From a virus (taxonomy: Duplodnaviria > Heunggongvirae > Uroviricota > Caudoviricetes): a stretch of 64,000 nt of DNA. The stretch lies in the IMG/VR virus record IMGVR_UViG_3300031134_000612; one strand, written 5' to 3'. The notes under the pieces are model-generated. The model did no database searches, was not told the origin of the DNA, and saw only the letters and a program-made list of their open reading frames with translations. Below are positions 58,192-64,000 of the stretch, piece by piece. Positions within the stretch are counted from its first letter, which is position 1; every line of letters begins with the position of its first letter. The translations under genes were made by a program, and so were the position numbers.

Positions 58192-58791
58192 TTAAGCTGT
58201 TTTAGCTTGGTTAATAAGAAAGAGAATCATATGAGCTTCTGGATCTCGGCTCTTTTTCAAGTATTCTGCACAAATATCTAGCAATTCATTATCGCATACT
58301 TTGTTCTCAATCGTTGATAAACGTTCACTTTGAATAACAAACTCGTACAATTTCCTTTCAAGAGTTGCACTTTTTACGTTATCGCCATCACGAGATGCCA
58401 TTGCAATAGAATGAACCAAAGCATCGTACTCCCGGCGTTCAATATTGACCAGATGGAAAATTTGTTTACCTTTAAACTCAATACCTACAAATTCCAAGAC
58501 ACTATGTGGAATCATGGCTTTAATATCAGCTTCAAGACGTTCAATATGTGAGTGGGTGCGTTCTACATCGCCGTCACACAATGCAATAAAGACTTCATTC
58601 AATTTAAATCGAATAGCCATATCACGATTAAGTTCATCAAGGCCAAGGCAAGATTCGGAAAAGTATTGCAACAAATGTTTTTGCGATTCGTAGTCAGCTT
58701 TGGCTTTTTCAATCTCATTGCCAATGGTGACAAGCACTCGTTTCAAATCATTGTTGGCCCGCTTAAATAGGTAAATCATGGCATTCTCCAT
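58192..58791 (-). CDS. hypothetical protein (199 aa)
   Basis: ORF. Confidence 0.5.
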   Translation of the reverse strand: MENAMIYLFKRANNDLKRVLVTIGNEIEKAKADYESQKHLLQYFSESCLGLDELNRDMAIRFKLNEVFIALCDGDVERTHSHIERLEADIKAMIPHSVLEFVGIEFKGKQIFHLVNIERREYDALVHSIAMASRDGDNVKSATLERKLYEFVIQSERLSTIENKVCDNELLDICAEYLKKSRDPEAHMILFLINQAKTA

Positions 58792-58805
58792 AAAGTAGAT
58801 GAGTA

Positions 58806-59240
58806 TTATAACACATCTTCATTGTTTTTGCTTCTTTTTAATGTCAAAATAAACCTTTTTTTATCGGTTTTTGCAACATCTTGAATAGTCTCGAAGCTCA
58901 ATAAGGTTTTAAAAACAAAATATTGTTGATAATTAATTCTAAAATCTTCTGTATAACGAAGAGCCATAGGCTCAGCCAGAGAGAAAAAATGTTTGATATC
59001 GTCGGCAAACCCATTCTCAACAAACAATTTGTTGATCGATTTAATCGTTAATGTCCCTAGATATTCAATGGTTAATACATGACCAATGTTATCCATAAAG
59101 GTAGTGGTTTTTTGTGGGTCAATACAGCCATCATTCATTGACTTAATCACAATAGCAAGGTAATTATCAGGATACCCATCTTTTTCACATTGCAACCTAT
59201 ACTGAATTAATTTTACCCATTCTGGTGATGTATTTTTCAT
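58806..59240 (-). CDS. hypothetical protein (144 aa)
   Basis: ORF. Confidence 0.5.
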   Translation of the reverse strand: MKNTSPEWVKLIQYRLQCEKDGYPDNYLAIVIKSMNDGCIDPQKTTTFMDNIGHVLTIEYLGTLTIKSINKLFVENGFADDIKHFFSLAEPMALRYTEDFRINYQQYFVFKTLLSFETIQDVAKTDKKRFILTLKRSKNNEDVL

Positions 59241-59364
59241 AGTTGACCTCTACTTATTACTTACTTTACATTGAAGATATCGTAACAAAGAAAATTAAAA
59301 ATCGCAATGTTTTTTTATTTAAAAAATGCTATAATGATAATTAACATAACAAAAAGGTTGCATT

Positions 59365-59817
59365 ATGGACATACTTGAAGAAATTAAAGCGAAACTGATT
59401 ACCAACGAGACGTTGGATAAAGAGATTGGTAAAGCCTTTGGAAATATCTACTCTTGCACAAGAGTGTGGTCAGCATGGGGCGTTGATACCATGACCGCCG
59501 ATGATTTTGCTCCATTTGAAAAAGGTGATGAAGCGTTTGATGAGTTTGTTAAAGAGTTAAAAACTTCATTATTGACTGAAAAGATAGACAATCCAGACAA
59601 GTTTTATGATCTTGTAGAAAAACACATCTGCAACTATGAATTATATTACAATGAAGACATTGATCGTTATTTTTATTCACAAGCCTTCAAAGAAGATTTT
59701 TTAGGTGAAACCGATTTAAGTGATATTTATCCAGCCGCTAAAAAATATCAAGAAGTACATGCACCAAAACTAGATACGCCAGAAGTTAAAGTTAAACCTA
59801 TTAAGAATAAACCTTAA
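59365..59817 (+). CDS. hypothetical acidic protein (150 aa)
   Basis: AAAGG SD; TGCTATAAT extended -10 at 59327..59335; terminator follows. Confidence 0.5.
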   Translation: MDILEEIKAKLITNETLDKEIGKAFGNIYSCTRVWSAWGVDTMTADDFAPFEKGDEAFDEFVKELKTSLLTEKIDNPDKFYDLVEKHICNYELYYNEDIDRYFYSQAFKEDFLGETDLSDIYPAAKKYQEVHAPKLDTPEVKVKPIKNKP

Positions 59818-59825
59818 TTAACAAT

Positions 59826-59855
59826 AAAAAACCACAATAAAAGGTGGTTTTTTAC
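59826..59855 (+). terminator. rho-independent terminator (AACCACC...GGTGGTT + T6)
   Basis: Hairpin plus T-run. Confidence 0.6.
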
Positions 59856-59857
59856 AT

Positions 59858-60655
59858 TTAAATATACATCATTCTAATCAGTTCAAGTTCTCGTTTATTA
59901 AACATTTTATTGGTGTTTAAAAAGTGAGTAAAGCTACGACCATAAAGTTTCGTCACACTAATCTCACAACGTTTAAGAATATCACTCAGTAAAATAGATT
60001 CCAGTTCGCCTGATTTGAATACAAAATAATAAACATCATAGATATTAATATCGTTTAAAATGGTTCCATCTTCTTGGATGATACTTTTAATAGGTCGCTC
60101 AACCACCATAGGAACTGTACCATTAACACCTTTTTGAACGGCTCTATTATCTTCCAAGAAATACCAAATTTGTTCAATTTTAAAAGTAACAGGATCAATT
60201 TCATAAGACATGCTTTTTAAATAAACATTGGTCTGCAATCGTTTTGGTTTTGAAAATGTAATTTTTTTAGGCAATCCATCTTGATCAAAATCTACGGTAT
60301 ACGTTAATGAGTAATGATCACCTTTAACAAAAGAAGCACGTCTAATTACATAATAAGATTGCTCAATTTTATCAATAATTGCTGGGGCTAATTCAAGACT
60401 ACAATCTTTGTTGTTAGTATATTTCAGGCTGTTTTCACTAAAATCAAACCCGATATCATAAAAATATTGATTGAGTTCACCTAAACAAAAATCAAACTGC
60501 ATACAATAACTTGAACTTTCAACAATGTTCATAATAAGTGGTTTATACGCTTCACCGCTTTCTTTATTCACCAGATAACGATCTACATAATGAAATTCAA
60601 TTCTAGATAAAAAATCTTCTTTATTCACTTCGGGCATATTTGACTCCATAATCAA
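59858..60655 (-). CDS. family member, subfamily D (265 aa; NINIYDVYYF ... ELELIRMMYI)
   Basis: Close paralog of 60665..61453 and 62316..63167. Confidence 0.55.
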   Translation of the reverse strand: MIMESNMPEVNKEDFLSRIEFHYVDRYLVNKESGEAYKPLIMNIVESSSYCMQFDFCLGELNQYFYDIGFDFSENSLKYTNNKDCSLELAPAIIDKIEQSYYVIRRASFVKGDHYSLTYTVDFDQDGLPKKITFSKPKRLQTNVYLKSMSYEIDPVTFKIEQIWYFLEDNRAVQKGVNGTVPMVVERPIKSIIQEDGTILNDINIYDVYYFVFKSGELESILLSDILKRCEISVTKLYGRSFTHFLNTNKMFNKRELELIRMMYI

Positions 60656-60664
60656 TAATCGTAT

Positions 60665-61453
60665 TTAGATATACATCATTTCAATGATATCCCGTTCTCT
60701 TTTAGTAAACATTTTAGACATAGTAAGAAAATCAGTATAATCCGTGCCATACATTCTAGCACAACTAAAATCACATTGAGTTAATATATCAATCAATCGT
60801 ATTTCTTTAGATTTGCCATGTAACGTATAGTAAACATCGTAGATGTTCACATTCTCAAATGAACGAGCATTCTCAATTACTTTTTTTAATGGATGTTCAA
60901 TGATCATTGTGACATAACCATTAATACCTTTTTGAAGTTTCCTGCTGTCGTTAAAACAATAACCAATTTGCTCAATTTTAAGCGTGTCACGATCTATGAT
61001 ATAATGAATTGTTTTAAGCGTAAGTCCTTTTAGTATTTTGTTGGCTGATTTAAACGTTCGTGAAACTGGAATGCCTTGTAAAGTGTAAGATGTATAATAA
61101 CTATGGGCATAACGATCATTCTTCGTAAATTCGACCCATTGTAAAACATAACAATCCTTCACAACTTCATTTTCAACGAGAATGGTTAAATCCATTTGAC
61201 AGCCTTGAGCATCACTAAAATTCAAATTATCTTGTTCAGATGAAAAGCCAACTGATAATAAAAAATCTTGTAAGAGTGATTTCTTTAAATTAAATTTTAT
61301 GATTTGAGAGAAATCATTCAACCTAGAAATAAAATTTTCTTGGTATTCATGCATATTATGTTCAGTAATGACATGAGTTTCCAAATAGCGATATTCAATT
61401 TCTGCTTCGAGTTGGGTAGGCTTTGTGGTATTCATATATTTAGCGTCATCCAA
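60665..61453 (-). CDS. family member, subfamily D (262 aa; NVNIYDVYYT ... ERDIIEMMYI)
   Basis: As above. Confidence 0.55.
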   Translation of the reverse strand: MDDAKYMNTTKPTQLEAEIEYRYLETHVITEHNMHEYQENFISRLNDFSQIIKFNLKKSLLQDFLLSVGFSSEQDNLNFSDAQGCQMDLTILVENEVVKDCYVLQWVEFTKNDRYAHSYYTSYTLQGIPVSRTFKSANKILKGLTLKTIHYIIDRDTLKIEQIGYCFNDSRKLQKGINGYVTMIIEHPLKKVIENARSFENVNIYDVYYTLHGKSKEIRLIDILTQCDFSCARMYGTDYTDFLTMSKMFTKRERDIIEMMYI

Positions 61454-61554
61454 TAATTTGCTACATATTATACTATTTTGCCTAATAAATCAATTGAATT
61501 GTTGATTTTCTTTTTTAATTTGCTATCCTATTACCTAAGAAAAGGATACTGAAC

Positions 61555-62310
61555 ATGAATATGAAAAAAGTTAAATTAGCAGACTTATTTGAACAATATG
61601 GTGCTCATTATATTCCCACATATCACGCCAGCATAGAAAAAGGTATTATATTTGAAATAGAAAAGAAACTGGGCCGTAAGCCACCAGACGCCACTAATAC
61701 TTTCATGTATCTTAGTGAAGCGATATCCGTTTTTAAATCAAGGCTACAAGAAGACTATAATAATTTAGTGGATTATCACACTGAGGAATTAATACAGCTT
61801 AGTAAAAATAATTTCTTATCAAATTTCATCAATAAAGATAAGAAAGAAAAGATCCGTCATCATCAATTAAGACTGGAAGAATTACACACCGCCTATATAA
61901 CCAGTGATAAAAACCGTTGTGTTACGAATGAAACTATTACTTTCAACATGCATCAAACTGACATTAAAGACCATGCTTACTTGCATGTTGTAGATCTTAC
62001 CAAAGAAGATCAAATGTCCATTGAACGTATTTATATTAACAATTTAATTCCCTTTATAGATAATGAGAATAATATTAGTTTAAAACTGAACGTTACAGCT
62101 TTTGACGTAAAAAAAATAGAAATCATCAATCCAGAATTCATTAATAATCATTTAGAACCCGTGGAAGGATATCATATTTTTAATTGTCGAGAACGGGCTT
62201 ATGATTTCTCAATAGAAGAACTCATGAAAAGTCAGTATAATGAAGATATAAAAATGAGACTAAAACTTGCCAAGCAAGTAGATAACTTATTTGGCTATGG
62301 TGGTTATTAA
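61555..62310 (+). CDS. hypothetical protein (251 aa)
   Basis: ORF with SD; the only plus-strand gene in this stretch. Confidence 0.5.
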   Translation: MNMKKVKLADLFEQYGAHYIPTYHASIEKGIIFEIEKKLGRKPPDATNTFMYLSEAISVFKSRLQEDYNNLVDYHTEELIQLSKNNFLSNFINKDKKEKIRHHQLRLEELHTAYITSDKNRCVTNETITFNMHQTDIKDHAYLHVVDLTKEDQMSIERIYINNLIPFIDNENNISLKLNVTAFDVKKIEIINPEFINNHLEPVEGYHIFNCRERAYDFSIEELMKSQYNEDIKMRLKLAKQVDNLFGYGGY

Positions 62311-62315
62311 TGATA

Positions 62316-63167
62316 TTAAAAGAAAGCCATTTCAATAATTTTTAACTCATCTTCATTAAAAATATTTTCAATGTTTATGAACTTGTCCATACTTTCACCA
62401 ATCATTCGCTCATGGCTAAAACCACAAACTTGAATAATATCAGCCAGTGAAAACGATCTAATACGATTCTCATCAAAGGTTAATGCATATCGGATATCAA
62501 ACATTGAAATATTTTCAAATCTTTTATCATCAATGACCACAAATTCAAATCGCTCTTCTTCAATTCGATGAATACTGTAATCCAATGTTTGAGCATAGGT
62601 CGCTGTTCGTAAAGTATCCGATGTATTGATTTCAGCGTGATCTAAATCAAATAGGTTGGACGTATGATAAATAGAACCAATTCTATAAGTTGCTTCATCT
62701 ATATTCATACTATAACCAAATCGAAAATTATAAGCACCGGCTGAATAACGTTCATCATCATGAACATAACTTACATTAATACGATAAGCATGTTCAAAAT
62801 CAAAAGCAATTCGTTTCCTATACTCTGGATGATTAAGTAATGACAGATAATATCCACACTCGTGTCGGGATTTTTGATAAGGTGATAAATCGAATGAAAA
62901 TCCAGAATCATGAGTATACACGCTGCGTTGTTCTCTTTTAAATCCTAGACTTTCTAAAAATATATCTACTTCACGAATCGAAAACTGAAAAAGCATAAAG
63001 AAACAGTCTTCTTGAAAAATATCAAGAAACATTTGCTCAGTGAAAGTCTTAGCCAATTCGGGAGTAATCACATATTCAGTAAGTTGTTTATTAAGATAGT
63101 CATAGTCAGGGGTATTAAATTTTTGTAGATTCACTATTGATCTCCTAGCACAATGCCATTTCAGCAA
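62316..63167 (-). CDS. family member, subfamily D (283 aa; NISMFDIRYA ... ELKIIEMAFF)
   Basis: As above. Confidence 0.55.
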   Translation of the reverse strand: MLKWHCARRSIVNLQKFNTPDYDYLNKQLTEYVITPELAKTFTEQMFLDIFQEDCFFMLFQFSIREVDIFLESLGFKREQRSVYTHDSGFSFDLSPYQKSRHECGYYLSLLNHPEYRKRIAFDFEHAYRINVSYVHDDERYSAGAYNFRFGYSMNIDEATYRIGSIYHTSNLFDLDHAEINTSDTLRTATYAQTLDYSIHRIEEERFEFVVIDDKRFENISMFDIRYALTFDENRIRSFSLADIIQVCGFSHERMIGESMDKFINIENIFNEDELKIIEMAFF

Positions 63168-63804
63168 TAACAGCTTCTTCTGGTGTAAATAAGTTTGTTA
63201 AATTGATATAATCTTTTACTGAACTCAAATCTATCTCATCTTTTCCTAATGTCTTTAATAATACATTTAAATGATAAGTCTTATCATTAAGCAAATAAAC
63301 AGCTTCCGTTATAACACCATTACTCACAATTACCCAATTAAGATGGCAACTGGAACGAAGAGTGTTGTGAATCATCAACTGCCAGTTATTCTTGGAGAAA
63401 CATGTCTTTATTTTAATATAAAAGGGGTCACCACTTCTGTAACTAATTTCATGAACACTACCATCTCTATTAAAAACAATATTCCAAAGATGACCTTCTT
63501 TATAAGAGATCATCAATGCACAATAAACGAGTTTATTATTTTTTATAATATTTTGAAAAATGATCGTTGATTGACTATTAGAAACCTTTATCGTTTTAGC
63601 ATTGAGAACATCTGTTTTATCAATTTTGTAACCATTTTTTTCAATAAAATAACAAAAGCTATCTTTATCCATTACAAAAACAGGATTACAGCGAACCATT
63701 TTTTCAGGTGCAAAAAAATCAGCTAAATTCGACACAAAATCTTGATGATTTTGAAAAAAGATATTGTGCGAATAATCGCTATATGTCTCTGCCAATGGAT
63801 TCAT
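63145..63804 (-). CDS. family member (219 aa; ends EEAVIAEMALC)
   Basis: Tail pattern; 23-nt overlap with the downstream gene. Confidence 0.5.
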   Translation of the reverse strand: MNPLAETYSDYSHNIFFQNHQDFVSNLADFFAPEKMVRCNPVFVMDKDSFCYFIEKNGYKIDKTDVLNAKTIKVSNSQSTIIFQNIIKNNKLVYCALMISYKEGHLWNIVFNRDGSVHEISYRSGDPFYIKIKTCFSKNNWQLMIHNTLRSSCHLNWVIVSNGVITEAVYLLNDKTYHLNVLLKTLGKDEIDLSSVKDYINLTNLFTPEEAVIAEMALC

Positions 63805-63807
63805 AGG

Positions 63808-63972
63808 TTAAATATCAGTCGGCGTTTTCATAGCCCCAGAACAAGGGATATCCAGCTCAACCCATTCTGCAGCACGAGGAACAGTTGCTTCTTTAACATC
63901 GTAATCCAATTCATCAATATCGGTTTCTGTCGAAGCGGATTCAGCAATGTCGGCCATCAGTGATTTGTTCAT
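63808..63972 (-). CDS. small acidic hypothetical protein (54 aa)
   Basis: Not in the ORF track because it is under 60 aa; GGAG upstream; immediately precedes the family gene. Weak. Confidence 0.3.
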   Translation of the reverse strand: MNKSLMADIAESASTETDIDELDYDVKEATVPRAAEWVELDIPCSGAMKTPTDI

Positions 63973-64000
63973 AATTTAAAACTCCATCTGGTTATTAATG

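Overview
The window is AT-rich (roughly 30% GC by eye) and very densely coded, with bacterial-type expression signals throughout. Many starts have AGGAG/GGAG Shine-Dalgarno sequences. There are sigma70-like promoters, including several extended -10 elements of the form TGGTATAAT, and many rho-independent terminators with GNRA/CGAA-loop hairpins.

Three kinds of content are present.

(1) Translation and DNA-metabolism genes. The first two closely resemble enterobacterial proteins:
- a TyrRS
- a SerRS
- a ThrRS that lacks the N-terminal editing and tRNA-binding domains and is preceded by a Thr-codon leader peptide with a terminator/antiterminator
- an NAD-dependent DNA ligase
- tRNA-Lys(UUU) and tRNA-Pro(UGG), plus a degenerate tRNA-like T-arm tandem
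- a NUDIX hydrolase
- an S49 (SppA/SohB-like) peptidase
- an SPFH/band-7 protein
- a Bax-inhibitor-1/YccA-family membrane protein
- a 2OG-Fe(II) oxygenase
- an IS605-type TnpB

(2) A very large lineage-specific multigene family. At least 36 paralogs of about 200-300 aa share only a short C-terminal tail with an invariant Met four residues from the end (pattern hydrophobic-x-x-hydrophobic-x-x-Met-x-x-Ile/Tyr at the carboxy terminus). They lie in co-directional, translationally coupled tandem arrays. The largest is 15 consecutive genes at 12205-24645 with SerRS embedded. Several tight subfamilies are visible. Family members occupy about 45% of the window.

(3) Smaller islets:
- a pair of about 650-700 aa paralogs that bracket the main array
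- a triplet of tiny Cys-rich proteins
- duplicated four-TM membrane proteins
- signal-peptide proteins, including a Tyr/Pro-rich repeat protein
- a Gly-zipper membrane protein
- several Zn-ribbon or Cys-cluster proteins

Taken together, this suggests an accessory region of a jumbo phage or similar large mobile genome infecting a gammaproteobacterium. The combination is aaRS plus tRNAs plus ligase, amplified ORFan families, terminators on nearly every transcription unit, and overlapping stop/start codons. This is inference only, and a bacterial chromosome cannot be excluded from sequence alone. No rRNA and no CRISPR array were seen.
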